A stretch of DNA of 64,000 nucleotides from Eledone cirrhosa (GCA_964016885.1 OZ024740.1:243722001-243786000), one strand, 5' to 3'; positions 1 to 14,712 are shown, counted from the first letter of the stretch. Notes: generated from the letters alone by a model not told the origin. Made by a program: numbers and translations.

Positions 1-15
1 AACTGTTTCATTCCA

Positions 16-224
16 GTGTGTGAGTGTATATTTGTGTGTGAGTGTATATATGTGTGAGTGTATATTTGTGTGTGAGTGTATATATGTGTGAGTGTATATT
101 TGTGTGTGAGTGTATATATGTGTGAGTGTATATGTGTGTGTGAGTATATATATGTGTGTGTGAGTATATATTTATGTGTGTGAGCTTATCACTATATATA
201 TATATAGTGATAAGCTCTCACACA
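16..224. repeat. gtgtgagtgtata-type minisatellite ending in a hairpin (gagcttatcac-(ta)n-gtgataagctc)
   Basis: Seen directly. Confidence 0.85.
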
Positions 225-230
225 TACACA

Positions 231-280
231 CTTTCCTGATGATTTCCTTCGAATGAAAGAGTTCTAGTCCTGTAGAAGCC
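231..280 (+). ncRNA. Degenerate hammerhead motif of a related family
   Basis: ctttc-CTGATGA-tttccttcgaat-GAAA-gagttctagtcct-GTA-gaag. Near-identical to the arms at 43813-43930 but with GAAAG instead of GAAAC. An inverted fragment (aactgtttcattc) sits at 1-13. Confidence 0.55.
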
Positions 281-1189
281 ATCTCTCTCTCTCTCTATAT
301 ATATATATATTTACGTAGACAACGGAGCGTATGTGTATAAACACTTGCACCGTGTCATAGTATGTGTGTACACATTCATGCCTTAAAGTTAAATTGGTTT
401 TTATCCCCTAAATTTTAGTAATCAAGATATGAAAATGATATTTCTAAATTTGTGTATTTTTCATACAGTTCTTGATTTCTACACCGTTGAGCCCTTTATA
501 AAAGGAAGGGCTATATATAACAACAAACCTTCGGAATTTGAACGACTCCATTCCCATATCTTCGTATCCTCGTCAGAAGTCTTAAGAAATTTAATCTTAT
601 TACGATATTTCTAAATTTTCGTTTCTTATTTTTTGTAGAGCGATATTTCTAGAGTGATTTATACAACTATAAAGCCTCATAAAATTCTGCCTTATACGTG
701 CACCTGCTGTTATTGATGCAAAGGTTTCCCATCTCTCGTTTTTTAGGTCCCAGCTATTGAACAAATCAATTGTCTATAGATAATTTTTTTTTTTCTGACT
801 GATTTCTATTTTTAGCGATGTGTTTTCTGTTAGTTTTTTGCGTAAACAAATTCAGCCTATTATAGTGGCAGCAAGCTCCGTTAACTGAACAGACGTATTC
901 TGGTCCCTCGGTAAATTTTGGGGAACCGCCCCTCTTCCTAACGTCTCACAACTGCTTCGTATAGGAATGTCATTTTATGTTTATTAAATTCTATTACAAT
1001 TTAACTCTGAGTATTTCAAATATTAGACATATATATATATATATAGTAGAAATGAACGAACAAAACACAGGAGACAATTGTACACAGTTATATTAGGTTC
1101 ACGCTTGGTGGAAGTGGAGGAGGTTTTAACGTTTATATATATATATATACACATATATGTATATACACATACATATATATATATATATA

Positions 1190-1229
<40 letters not shown>

Positions 1230-4200
1230 TATATATACACATACATACATATACACATATATTTATACATACACGCACATATATGCATACGAACAGTCTC
1301 CAAAACACACACATTGTAAATATTAGTTCACACTTGATTTTTTCAAATCATCTAGTATTAACTCATAATTACTATTTAATTCAATTCGAATTCTGTTTTT
1401 ATTATTTCGCCTCCCGACTCGTTTCTATCCCTCGCCTCCCAAATATATTCTTCTACGCACCTCTGCATTCATTGTATTAATTCTGATATCAGAAGAACGG
1501 TACTCATTTCCAAGGTTGATGTCATTCTTTAAATAACACTTCTGTACTTTCTATGCATCGTTGCACCTGATAAATGAAAGAGGAAGTTTAGTTAGCTGAG
1601 GGCAGAGAGCATCATTCAATCTGTCACGAACCTATTTCAACTTGCGCTGGGTTCGTTATCGATTTTCTTTTCTTGCTTTCTTCAAGAAAGAAAAACAAAA
1701 CCAATTCAAACGAATTCTTCCCCATGTGGTGTAATTAGATGGAAATTAATAATTCTATAGTATTTCAAAATATCTTTCCAGCTATTTTGCGTTCATCGTG
1801 TATTCATAATATATAATCATTGTAAGAAATGGTCTTAAAATCAGTTTCATGTATTGAAACTCTCAAGACACTTGATGCTACTATTAATAGCAATAATTAT
1901 AATTAAAAAGGCTGTTTTATACAATATTATTTTTCTTCATTAAAATTACAAACGAAATTGAAATAAGCTAGTATGTTTGATGTGTTTATTAATTCATTAC
2001 TAATCACTGTGTTTTATTTATAGCCTCTTCTAATGAGATTAGTTTTTTTTTAATCTGTGATTTATTATTTATTCCATTAATCCCGGAACGACTGTAACAT
2101 TGGTAGATTTTATTTTACTGTTTTTTCCCCACCAACTGTGAGTCAGCTGTCTAGAGATCGTTAATTTAATCTGAGACGATTGACGTGATAAAATAAACGG
2201 TTGTGGGAATCTGAGCTGTGTGTTGTTGTTGTTGCTGGCATGAATATAATGTGTGTTGTGGTGGTTTTCTCTAATGTTCATATAGAAGAATATCTGTTGG
2301 AACGTTGTCAAACAAAAAAAGTTCGGTTTTTCTAAATGAATTTGCGTCAATAAATCTAATAAAGCCTGCTGCCTATTAGATATTGATTTTCTTTATAAAG
2401 TTAGAATGTGTCCGATATTGATGTGTAGTGCTATAAATGACCAAACCCATAAGCAAAGGCATTTCAGTCTTTAACTGGTCTATCTTATAGATTTTAATGG
2501 GTCTCCATCAGTTTGGATGAGTGCTCTAGTGGTTTAATCAACAGAACAGCCTATTTGTGAAATTAATGTGCAACTAGCTGAGTATTCCATAGATATGTTT
2601 ACCCATAATGTGACAAAGCTTGCCTTTTGAATTTCAAATATTGTCTTTTTGATAGGTTTTAACAGTTTCTGCCTACCCTATTTCACTTACAAGCATTTGG
2701 TCAACCTGAAGCTATGGTAAAGGCACTTAGCCAAGATACCATGCAATAGGATTGAACCCAGGACTTCATAATTGTGAAGCAAACTTCTTAACAATTTGGC
2801 TATGACTGCATCTCTCTGTCTAGCAATCATCATCATCAGGTATTGTCTGCTGAATATCATGGATTGCTCTAATGCAATAGTTAAATGTGTGTCCATGGTT
2901 GTGCACCAACTTCTTCCATGGTGGCCAGTTGGCTATGATGGAATTTGAACTTGGAACACAAAGAGCCGAAACAAATCTTGCAAGGTATCTTGTCCTTCAC
3001 TCAAAGGATTTAGCCAGTAAAACACCAAGAATGATGCTTTAGTTGTTGGCCCTGAAACGGAAAATGACAAAATTCAAACCAAGACTGCAAAAAGCCAGAA
3101 TAAATACTGTAAGGCATTTTGTTCACTCTACTAGCACTTATACCAATTTGCTACCTTATACTGAGTAATACATACATTGTCTATTTTGTCCTTCCAGTTT
3201 TCAGACAGTTGTCTTAGCCTTCTATTTGAATTCCAGTCACATCTAGAATGCTTAATAAGAATATTAAATCTACCCTAGTAAATAATTTTATTGAGCATTC
3301 CTTAATTTGAACTACGAGCATAAAGAGCCATAAGAAAATACTATAAAACATGCTTGGTGCTCTAACAATTCTTGTGATTTAATGGAGATTTTTTTACATT
3401 AGCATGGGCTGGATGTGTTGTCCTGCTGTGAGACAAGTAAGATTAGATGATGTTAGGATGTAGGAGGTGGAAGGGAGGAGGGACACGGACAAGGGAGCAG
3501 TATTAGGCCGTGGAGGTATATGGAAGGAGGAGAGGGAGGTAATGCAGACTGTAAATGTGGTTGGTGTTAGGAAGGGCATCCAACTGTAGAAAACCCGCCA
3601 GACAGTCCTATGCGAGCAAGACAACCACTCTTGCCTCAAGTGGGAAAACCCCCGTCCAAACCCATGCAAGCGTGGAACACGGACGCTAAACCTGATGATG
3701 ATGATGATGATGTACGCATATATATATATATATATATATTTATTTCTTAACCTTTCAGACTATGAGCTGTAGCAACAACAGCATTAATAATGTAAATGGA
3801 ATTGAAAGCAAGTTCTTTACTCTGTTTATCATGGGCTGAACTCCGCATCATCCTTCATGTATTAATGGATGGATTCCTATCAGTTCCAATGATGAAACTC
3901 AGTAGTTTCATCAACGGGTATATTTATTCTTTGAATTAGTGAGTAGCTGGGTATTTCATAGACATAGGTGTTTTTAATCCTCAAACAGAATCACTGAAAG
4001 TGTGGGACAAAACTGAATCTTTGAATTACATGTACAATCAATCCTACAGGTATCCTATTAGTTTCCATGTACCTAATTTAGTTCACAAGGCTTCAGTCGA
4101 CTTGACTATATTGTAGAAGGCACTTGTCCAAAATGCCACACACTGGGATTGAAACCGGGGACTAGTAATTGGGAAATGAACTGTTTAACTATTTGAATAT

Positions 4201-6989
4201 GCCATATCCACACCTTCATATCATCATTACATCAAACGTTTGCTTTCCCAGTTAGCAAGGGTTGGACAGGTCTACATAGACTAAGTCAGTACTGAAGTGG
4301 GATTACTGACCTCCTAGACAGGCCAAGGGGTCTGTATCCTGCTTACATGCAGTCGTATCAAGTGCAGAGCAGAAGTTTTCGTGTCTCCTGACACAAACTG
4401 ATGGGTCCTCCTAACCCCTTGTTTGGCAAACTTTCTATGGCTAGATGCCCTTCCTAACACCAACCATTTTACAGCATGTACTGGGTGCTTTTATTGTGTA
4501 GATCATTATCACTAGTGAGGCTGACATGTCTTCAACACAACTAAAGAGTCCGCCGAACCTTTTGTTTGGCAAGCTTTCTATGGCTGGATGCCCTTCCTAT
4601 CATTAACCATTTACAGCGTGTACTGGGTGCATTTATCATGTAGATCACTAATACTAAAGAGGTTGTTGTCTCTTTGACACAACTAAAGGGTCCTCTCAAC
4701 ACTTTTAGGTATGGTTTCTACAGCATGGTGTCCTTGCTGTTGTCATATGGAGTGTATTGGGTGCAATTTCGTGGTACCATCACTAGAGAGGTTATTGGTT
4801 GTAGACCCAGCTGTAGAGTCCTCTCAGTTATATTAAATGCACTTATACTTCTGTTATCATTATTTATTTAGAGGGCGGTGGATTGGTAGAAGGTCGGACG
4901 CCATGCTTTGTATCATAGAGTTATGGTTTGGGTTCAAATCCCGCCAAGGTTAACTTTGCCTGTCATCCTTACGGGGTCAATAAAATAATGCACTGGGGTA
5001 ATTGCTGGCCAAAAGTAGAAACAATTATTTATTTAGAGGAGAAATGACACCATCCATGTCCTTTTTGGGAGTCTCTAAGACTGATTGGGGGAGAGAAGTG
5101 TAGATCTGACCCCATTGCTTGCAACAGAGTATTTTTTCACTAAAGACAAGGTGTTTAATTGAGCAATTGATTAAGTCTACGACCCAAGAACAAGAACAAT
5201 CCTCCAGCAGATTTCCACACACTTTCCATCTAGCAAATTTAATGCCAAGTCTTTGGGTCAATTGAGTGTACTGAAGGAGTTTTGGAGTGAGATTGAACCC
5301 CAAGTCATGTGTCTGTGAAACATAGTTCTTAAGAACACAACCATGCTTGTGCCAATTATCTTGCCTTTGTGCTAAAATAAAGAAATCATTGATATTGCAG
5401 CAAAAATTGTAGAGTAATTTGGCACAATCAGTAGAAAAAGTTAGTCTGTCCCTAGGCTAAAGAGAGGTTCATTAGGTCTGAGCTTATTCCAGTTTCATTG
5501 ATATTAATTGACTGACAGAATGCCAGTCAAAGATAACTCCCAGTTGTTGCTGATACTTTTTTCAGTTGATTGGAGCAATGTGAATTGATGTATCTTGCTC
5601 AAGGACCCAACATACTACTGTTCTAGGAACCAAACCCATCATCTTATGAGTGTGAACTCAACATCCTAACCACTAGGCCACACACTTCAGTAGAGCATAA
5701 GATAAAATACCTTATGATATTTAGTTGGATCTCTTTGCATTTTGAGGTCAAAACCTGTCATTGTTGACTTCGTCTCATCCTTTTTAGATTGATAAATTAA
5801 ATTACTAATCAAGTTCTGGGATTGATTTAATTAACTGTTCCCTCTCCCCAAAATTCATTGCCTTATTCTAACACTCAAAATCAGTATTTTAGTGAATATA
5901 AGAAACCACCACCATCATCATCATCATCATTAATATTGTCGAGGTGGACTTAGCTTTTTTATCCTTCCAGAATTTATAAAATATGCACTGGTAGATTACA
6001 AATATGATAGTGTCGGACAAATTGCCTTGCAATATTTAATTCTTTTTACATCGTGAATTCAAATCCTGCTCAGGTTGAATTTGACTTCTGGTGTTCCATC
6101 CAGGGCCAATAAACTGAAGTACTAGGTTGATTTAATTGGTCATACTTTCCCCACTCCAAGATGTTTATTGTAACCATGATACATACAAGAAACAAACATC
6201 GATATTGCCATGGTGGACTTTGCCTTTCAACATTCCAAAGGTTGATCTAGTTGACTGTTTTCTGTATTGTTTTCATCACTTGGTTTTTGAGACTATATCA
6301 AAGTTTTTACTCCACTATATATATATAAAACAACCCATATCCTTTATCCTAGTTGTTTTGAAAAACATTGCCGTGAGAGCCTGTGTGTAGAAATACAGTA
6401 GCAGATTTGCTGTCTGGTGAGGGGGGTGGATGATGTAGGTGGTAAATCAGATGACAACATTTTGTATCTAGAATAACATTCGGCAATATCCCATCATCCT
6501 CAACATTTTTAAAGGTGGTAATGAGAGATTTTAAGGGTGATTTATCTTCTATTTCTAACAGCTTGAGAGCAGTGTCAGATTTACATTTCTATAGCCCTAA
6601 AGCTTGAACTGTTATTAGGACCTTTTCACAACCAGTAACAATAGGGCACTTGTTTCTATGAAGGCTCCAGGTTTAGTGACCATAAAGCTTAACATCTTGT
6701 AATGATTTAGCAGGAAATACCTTAAAAAATAAATTTAATTCAAATATTTATGGTATCCTTACTAGTCGACAGATCGTTGTGTAATCTTGCAGTATTTAAT
6801 GTGATGCAGTCATAGTGTTGTTTTATATTTTGATGTAAAGGATGTTAAGAGTGAAGCTTGATTAGTTCATAGTAGACATGCCACTGGTTGAGTGACTATA
6901 GAGAAGCTTTCATGTTGGTATCTTTGAGAGGAGGTTATGTTGTTGTTTAACCCCAGGTCTACCTTGATTGAGCAGACCTATATTTTGAA

Positions 6990-7470
6990 TATATCCAACT
7001 ATGACATGTTTGTTGAAGTTGCCAACTAGGATGATGAGTTCTCTGTCATCTGTAACTGAAGATGTCTTTATGAGTTCCTCATAGAAATGGTTCTTTTGTT
7101 GTTAACTTAGTCCTGCTTGTAGTACATATGTAAAGATAATTGTTGTCATACACCCAATATTCTCATCTAACCCCTCTCCATGAGCCTAGAACTATTCTGA
7201 GTTTGATAATTCTGTCACTTACTCTCTGCCTCAATTACTTTATCTGTCCACTTCTCAACTAGTAGAATGCCTACTCCACCTACCCCATCATCATTTCTTT
7301 CCCCCAAAAGCTTATATCTTTGCTGTTTGTCTGTGAGTAATCTTGCTGAAGTACCCCTCTGTGAGTAATCTTGCTGAAGTACCCCTCTGTGAGTAATCTT
7401 GCTGAAGTTGCCTCTTTAACACAGCACTTATCCACTCCTCTCAAGCTTCTGTCTGTCTGTCCATCCGTCC
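6990..7470 (-). mobile_element. Old RTE endonuclease fragment with a 28-bp tandem triplication (7330-7408)
   Basis: Antisense similarity to the RTE APE region; ctgtgagtaatcttgctgaagtacccct repeated about 2.8 times. Confidence 0.6.
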
Positions 7471-7544
7471 AATTGGATACCAGACTAAATTATCGACTAA
7501 ATAAATTAAAACTGATCAACAACAAAAGACAATCCTAATATATG

Positions 7545-9302
7545 AAAACCGTGATATTGTCGGGGAGAAGTGTGTCCGTAATGATGATAGTGTACTTGCC
7601 CTCACTGATAAGAAGCTAGCTTGGAAGTGTCACTACGAGAGGCTACTAAATGAGGAGAATGAATGAGATAAAGATAGTCTGCCCCAAATCGATCCAATAG
7701 AGGGATAAGCGGTGCAAGTTAATGGCAGTATAATAAGTAAGGCAATCTAAGGGCCCATTATCTGGTGGGCCCTTAGAAAACTAGGCGTAGATGAATGGTT
7801 TGTGAGAGCTATACAAGCCATGTATAAAGAAACGGTCAGCAAGGTTAGAATTAACAATGAATACAGTGAAGAATTTAGTGTAAAAGTAGGTGTTCATCAA
7901 GGCTCCATCCTTGGGTCCCTCCTGTTTATAATTGCCCTTCAGGCTATAACAGAGGAGTTTAAGACCGGTTGCCCATGCAAACTTCTATATGCAAATGATC
8001 TAATTCTCATAGCTGACTCTATGGCTGAACTAGAGAAGAGATTCCAAACATGGCCTAGAATCAAAAGGTCTTAAAGTTAACTTGTCTAAGACTAAAGTTC
8101 TAGTATGTAGAAAGGAGAATAGGGCACAGGTGCCCTCTGGGAAATGGCCATGCTCAGTCTATAGGAAAGGAGTAGGTAGAAATTCCATTCTATGCCCCAA
8201 ATGCAAACTATAGGTACATAAAAGATGTCGTGGGATCACAGGCAAGCTATAAGAATGTAGATTTTATATGTGGCCAATGCTCAGGTGCAATAAGTAGCAA
8301 GTGCCCACAGGATACTAGCTCCTTCTACTGCCCAGATGGTTCTATAGAAATAGTGGACACTTTCCGTTACCTGGGTGACAAAATCAGCAATGGTGGAGGG
8401 TGCTCTGAAAGTACAGAAGCCAGAGTTAGAACAGGATGAAAACAGTTCAGAGAGCTTATACCACTTTTGGTCACAAAAGATTTCTCTATAAAAATGAAAG
8501 GCAGATTGTATGATGCCTGTATACAAACAGCAATGTTACATGACAGTGAGACATGGGCATTGTGTACAGAGTACCTGCGCAGACTGGAAAGGAACGAAAC
8601 ATGCATGCTCCGTTGGATGTGTAATAGTAATGAATGGCAAAACATAAAATTAGGAATAAGAGGGATCAGATGCTATTTACTTGAGAGAAGATTACGTTGG
8701 TATGGTCACGTGATTGTGCATGAAAGATGACAGTTGTATAAAAAAGTGCAGGGTGATCAAAATTGATGCAAGTTATTGAGTAGGTAGACCCAGAAAAACC
8801 TGGGATGACATGATAAAATCCGACCTTACACACTTACACCTCTCTAAGACAATGTCACTGGATTGAGATCTTTGGCGCCACGCAGTAATACAGAAGACCC
8901 GCCTTCCCTACGTTCAAAGTTAACCTACAGTCAGTAGGCCCCTCCTAACCAAATATACACCCCAACCCCTACTCCATCCTCCCACTCCCACCAACACCAC
9001 CATTTCTTTATAAAGTTATGTTGGAACCACAACATCCAGTCCAAACTAAAGAGGTTGTGTAGGTGTCACAACAAAAAAACACCCAGTCTACGCTGTAAAG
9101 TGGTCGTGTAGGTAACACGATAAAAAGGCTCGCAGTCCACACTGTAAATGTGGTTGGTGTTAGGAAGGGCATCCAGCCATAGAAAGCCTGCCAGATAGTC
9201 CTCTACGAGTGAGACACAGTCACCTGATCAATCTTGCCTCAAGTGGGACAATTATTGTCTAACCCATGCTAGTGTGGAAGATAGATGTTAAACGATGATG
9301 AT
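7545..9302 (+). mobile_element. Decayed 5'-truncated RTE LINE
   Basis: RT motifs GVHQGS, LYAND and FRYLG with stops, frameshifts and an internal deletion near 7750; RTE 3' UTR and gat tail. Confidence 0.9.
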
Positions 9303-10474
9303 ATATATATGATAATATAGGAAACAGAAAATGTGGAAGAGACAAGTACATCGTCTGTCTTCTGGGGATCATTATAGTTTTATAAGACAGGACTATTCAC
9401 CAGTGCATCAATAGAAATTATCCCTGGATAGCTTTTCGGAATGAAAAAACAACAGACACTTGACCACCCAAAAAACACAAAACTAATATAATTTTGGAAA
9501 TCCTGGCCTGAATGCTTGCAAAATGTGGAATTTGTTAGTCATCCAAGGGCCATGTAGTAGTGTTAACCTCTTGTTACAATATTTCTAATGAAAAACTGTT
9601 CATAATTTTGAAAATAATCACAAATTTAGAAGAATTTAGTAAGTTTCACATAATTAAGTTGTTTTTTTTAACATAACTTAAAAGTTCTTTCATAAAATTA
9701 TGATGGAAGGTTTTTAGATAAAGATAAGAACTTTAAAACAAATAGCTTTGTATCATAAAACTACGGGTAATTTCAGGTGATTTGGTATGAAGATGCTAGA
9801 CAATGCAGTATCTACCAACCAAAATGAAGAAATGTCCCTCCTATCAGTTTTCTTCCACATAGTTTCTATCAGTTGAATTTCACTCCCATGGCTTCAGTTG
9901 GCCTGAGGCTTTGTTAGAAAAAATATACCCATTGTACTGTAAGTGGGGATAGAAACCATAACCACATAACTGAAGCAGAGTTGTTAACCACAAAGTTATG
10001 CTTGCACCCATTTCCACATTTATGATTAATATTTTACTGTGTGTATGTGTATCTATCAGTGAATGAATATATTTGTGTTTACATGTGTATGTGTATATTT
10101 GCATGTTTGTTTATGTGTGTGAATGTATTTGTGTATGTGCATATGTACATGTCAGTGTGTGTGTGTGTGTACTATAGAGAGGACTAGTTGGTTTGTTTAA
10201 TATTTAATTCTTTATCGATTGATTTGTCTGATACAGACACACACATATACAAGCTCACGTACACTCATATATGCTCATATAATACCTGTGCTTCAAACAT
10301 ATACATACTTACAATAACATACATACCTATATACACACACACGCGCACATGCAGATATACATACCTACACACACATATGCAGACATACATACGTATTGAT
10401 GTCTAAATTCCAATGAAAGTATCTTGTTCCAATGTTAGAAACCAACTCTGTCTCTATTGGTACAAATTTATAAA

Positions 10475-10657
10475 ATAATTGTTTCTACTTTTGGCACAAG
10501 GCCAACAATTACCCAGTACATTACTGGTACTTTATTTTATCGACCCGGTAAGGGTGAACGGCAAAGTTAACTTCGACGGGATTTGAACTCAGACCATAAA
10601 GGGACGTAACTATGCTAGAAAGCATGGCGTCCAACCCTCTACCGATACTGCCAATTC
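10475..10657 (-). mobile_element. Same SINE family, antisense copy
   Basis: Reverse-complement match to 11078-11258. Confidence 0.82.
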
Positions 10658-10804
10658 AAAATAATTGTTTCTACTTTAGGCACAAGGCCAGCAATTACTC
10701 AGTGCATTACTGGTACTTTATTTTATCGACCCCGTAAGGATTCAAAATAATGAAGTTAGAAGAACATACACACATATTTATTTATATTTATGATTTTTCT
10801 TCAG

Positions 10805-10940
10805 ACGCAGAATAACCGACCTGGGATACTTTCCCAGATATTCTCCTGGGGTTGGAAGATTGCAGTGGTGGCCCTTATTGCACCACCTTTCTTGAATTAT
10901 GCTTCCTTGAAGAATGAAGAAATGCACCTAAAGCCTGAAG
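10805..10940 (+). CDS. Alpha/beta-hydrolase-fold gene, coding exon A (N-terminal hydrophobic segment)
   Basis: tttttcttcag acceptor, gtaggt donor. Translates TQNNRPGILSQIFSWGWKIAVVALIAPPFLNYASLKNEEMHLKPE(G) and ends phase 1, matching exon B. An in-frame ATG at 10790 could be the start if no upstream coding exon exists. Confidence 0.8.
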
Positions 10941-11077
10941 GTAGGTTTGTGATTCTATGAACTTTTACTTTCTGTTCTCTGTTATTCTTGTATTACTGGG
11001 CACAGTCATTTGATTATGGCCATGCTGGGGCACTGCCTTCAAGAGCATTTTAGTTAGTCAATTATATAGACCTCCCA

Positions 11078-11258
11078 TGGCAGTATCGGTAGAGGGTCGG
11101 ACACCATGATTTGACGCATAGAGTTACGGCCCTTGCCATTCTGAGTTCAAATCCCGCCAAGGTTAACTTTGCCTTTCATCCTTACGGGGTCGATAAAATA
11201 AAGTACCAGTAATGTACTGGGTAATTGCTGGCCTTGTGCCAATAGTAGAAACAATTAT
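11078..11258 (+). mobile_element. tRNA-derived SINE with a Nin/Deu-like core
   Basis: gagttcaaatcc B-box-like motif and gcctttcatcctt.cggggtcgataaaataaagtacca core. Copies near 4872-5027(+), 10475-10657(-), 10661-10739(-), 15710-15899(+), 22622-22807(+) and 60700-60890(-). Confidence 0.82.
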
Positions 11259-11560
11259 ATATCATGTTAAAGTGCTAACAATAGATTACATGTAGTGTGG
11301 TCACACTGTGTGAAGGGGATTTGCCATAGAGTGAGAGAGAGCAGTGGTGGTGGCGGCAAACACCAATTTGTCTTTTTTTTTTAAATCTCATGTCTTTATA
11401 GAAATGGGATGTTAAGTGTGTGTGTGTGAGAGAGAGAGAATGAGTAGTGGTGCCGATGTTTAATTTTAAACGTACAAAAAATATTGTTTATCTTCAAATT
11501 ATAAAAGAGTAAAATATTTCCTTTTGATAGTTTCAGTAAAATTTATTTGATTTATATATA

Positions 11561-14500
11561 AGGGCATCCAACCAGTGTATCAATGCCAAAACGAGTTATC
11601 AGCACAGCAACAAGTAAGATGGGAACAACAAAATATGAAGACGTTGCATCTCAGAGTTGCAGCACTTAATGTTGGCACTCTCAGAGGTAGATCTGCTGAC
11701 ATAGCGGAGATGCTGGAGAGAAGGCATGTGGATGTGTTCTGCGTGCAAGAGGTGAGATGGAGAGGTGCCTCTGCGAGACTAGTCGTAGGCAAACATCTTA
11801 GCTTTTTTGGGTAGGTAAGGATGATGGGTTAGGGGGAGTAGGCATTTTCCTGGCTGAGAGATGGATCAATAAGACAATAGAGGTAGTTCGAGTTAGTGAT
11901 CGAATAATTAAGCTTAGATTAGTTGTAGGCAGGAGACTACTGACAATCATCTCTGCCTAGGCAAAGAAGAGAAAGACTGCTTTTACGAGCAACTTTTACA
12001 AACAACCGCAATGACAGAGGACGGAGACATCGTTACGTTAGCAGGGGACTTCAATGGTCATGTTGGACAGCTCCAGGATGGTTACACTGGGGTACATGGT
12101 GGGCACGGTTATGGCTTAAGAAATGAAGGAGTGAGAATTCTTGAATTTTGTGATGCAAGTACACTATTTGCAACACTAACTTCCAGAAACCTGCCAACCA
12201 CCTAATAACCTACAAATCTGGCGAGCACATAAGCCAGATTGACTTCTTACTAGTTAGGCAGAGGGACAGGCAGATAGTGTCTAATACCAAGGCATACCCT
12301 GGGGAAGTATGTACCCCCACAGCATAGGTTAGTCGTTAGTGATATCTCAGTAAGCAAGAGATGGAATGAGACATACAGGAAGGTGTGGAGAAGAAAGGTC
12401 TGGAAGCTAAAAGACCTTTCACTAAAATACAAATTTAGGAAAGCCCTTCAAGATGTGTATGACGAAAAAGAAGACGATTTAGAGACGTATGACAAAGATA
12501 ATAACTAGAAGTTCTTACGTGACAACTTACTGCAGGCTATTGATGAAACTTGTGGCTGGAGCAGAGCTCCAACCAGACAGAGAGTGACCTGGTGGTGGAA
12601 CAGCACAGTAGATAAGGCCATTAGAGACAAAAGACTAGCATGGAAGGCTTGGAAAAAGGGTGGGAGTAGGGAAGGATATACAGCCGTTAAGAGAGAAGCT
12701 AGACATCAGGTGTACTTAGCACGCAGGGAGGCTGAGAGTAGGAGGTTTGCCAATGTTCTGCGACGGGAAGATCAGAGGCGTGCGGTGTTCCACATTGCAA
12801 GTCAGTGTGTCAATGCAAATCAGGGTGTTGTTGGAGATAAATGTGTCCGGAATGATGCCGGTGTACTTAGTTTCACAAATGATCAGAAAAAGGAGGCCTG
12901 GAAATGTCATTATGAGAGACTGATGAATGTGGAGAACGAATGGGAGAGAGAGAAATTACCCTCAGTAGATCCGACAGAGGGACCAGCTATTGAGATTGAC
13001 GAATATAGGGTCTAAGAGGTGATTAAGGAAATGAAAAGTGGTAAGGCTTCTGGACCATCGGGGATAGCTGCTGAGATGCTGAAGGCATCAGGGGACGTAG
13101 GCACTAAACTGGTTATCAGGCTATATATGGTGGTGTCATTCCCAAAGACTGGTGCAGCCGTATTCTCATAAATTGCTACAAAGGTAAAGGGTATGCTCTG
13201 GAGAGGAGCAATTATAGGGGTATAAAACTGATGGATCAGGTTATGAAAGTGGCAGAAAGGACATTAGCACAACTAATTAGAGAAAGGGTCAAACTAGATG
13301 AGATGCAGTTTGGTTTTGTGCCTGGGAAGAGTACAACAGATGCCCTCTTCGTGGTGAGACAATTACAAGAGAGGTTCTTAGAGAAGAATAAGCCACTATA
13401 CTTAGCCGTTGTTGACCTAGAGAAGGCCTTTGATAGGGTGCCCCGATCTGTCATCTGGTGGTCCCTAAGGAAACTAGGTGTGGAGGAATGGCTTTTGAGG
13501 ACAGTGCAAACTTTGTACAGAGGTACTGTCAGTAAAGTCAGAGTAAGAATGGAGTTTAGTGAGGAATTCCAAGTACAAGTAGGAGCACATCAAGGTTCGG
13601 TCCTCAGCCCGCTCTTGTTCATTATAGTCCTCCAAGCCATAACAGAGGAGTTTAAGACTGGCTGTCCATGCGAACTTCTCTATGCTGACGATCTGGTTCT
13701 TATAGCAGAATCAGTAGAGGAGCTAGAGAATAAATTCTGGCTATGGAAATAGCAGTTGGAAGCAAGAGGACTGAGAGTGAACCTAGCTAAGACAAAAGTG
13801 TTGATGAGTAGAAAAGAGGACAAATCTCTGATTCCGTCAGGGAAATGGCCATGTTCGATATGCAGAAAAGGAACTGGCATAAATTCTATAAAATGCACAC
13901 AATGCAGATCCTGGGTACACAAGAGATGTAGTGGGATAGCATGCAAACTAACAGGTAGGGAGAAATACGTATGCAGTAAATGTACAGGGAAATTAGACAG
14001 TAGAAGTCGCATTGATAGACACATTTTTTAAATGCAGGCGGGTGCTATAGAAGTGGTGGATAGCTTCCGGTACCTAGGAGATCAGATTAGCATGGGAGGA
14101 GGGTGTTCCGAGACCATAGTATCTAGAAGAAGTTTAGGGAGCTGCTTCCTCTGCTGACGAAGAAGGGTTTCTCCCTGCGTACGAAAAGCCAGTTATATGA
14201 TGCCTGTGTGAGGAGCGCGATGCTGCATGGTAGTGAGACATGGGCAGCAACTGCAGAGGATATACGACGGCTGGAGAGAAATGAGGCAAGCATGCTCCGT
14301 TGGATGTGCAATGTCAATGTGTGTGAACGACCCAGCATGAATATGTTGAGAGAGAAACTGTATTTGAGAGGGATAGAATGAAGTGTGCGAGAGAGGAGAC
14401 TGAGGTGGTATGGACATGTGATGCGCATGGAGGATGACCGATGGGTGAAGAAGTGCCGGAAATGCCAGTTGAAGGAAGACGTGGTAGAGGTAGACCATGG

Positions 14501-14662
14501 AAAACATGGGTGGAGGTGGTGAGAACAGACCTTAGATCGCTGAAGCTCACGGTGGAGATGACTAAGGACCGTGACAAGTGGAGAGATACTGTGTTGAATA
14601 AGACCTGTTCCACCCTTGCAAGCAGGGAAAAGAGGACGTAAAATGATGATGATGATGATAAT
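11561..14662 (+). mobile_element. Near full-length decayed RTE LINE (second family)
   Basis: ORF fragments NVGTL, CVQEVRW, GDFNGH, DLEKAFD, YADD and the PHD-like finger; (GAT)n tail at about 14643-14660. Confidence 0.93.
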
Positions 14663-14679
14663 GTATTGTATATATTATT

Positions 14680-14712
<33 letters not shown>

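Noticed and set aside
429-2350. Promoter, first exon or divergent gene in the CpG-richer unique region
   Set aside because: Plausible, but no exon or start site can be supported from sequence alone, and the short ORFs have no motifs.
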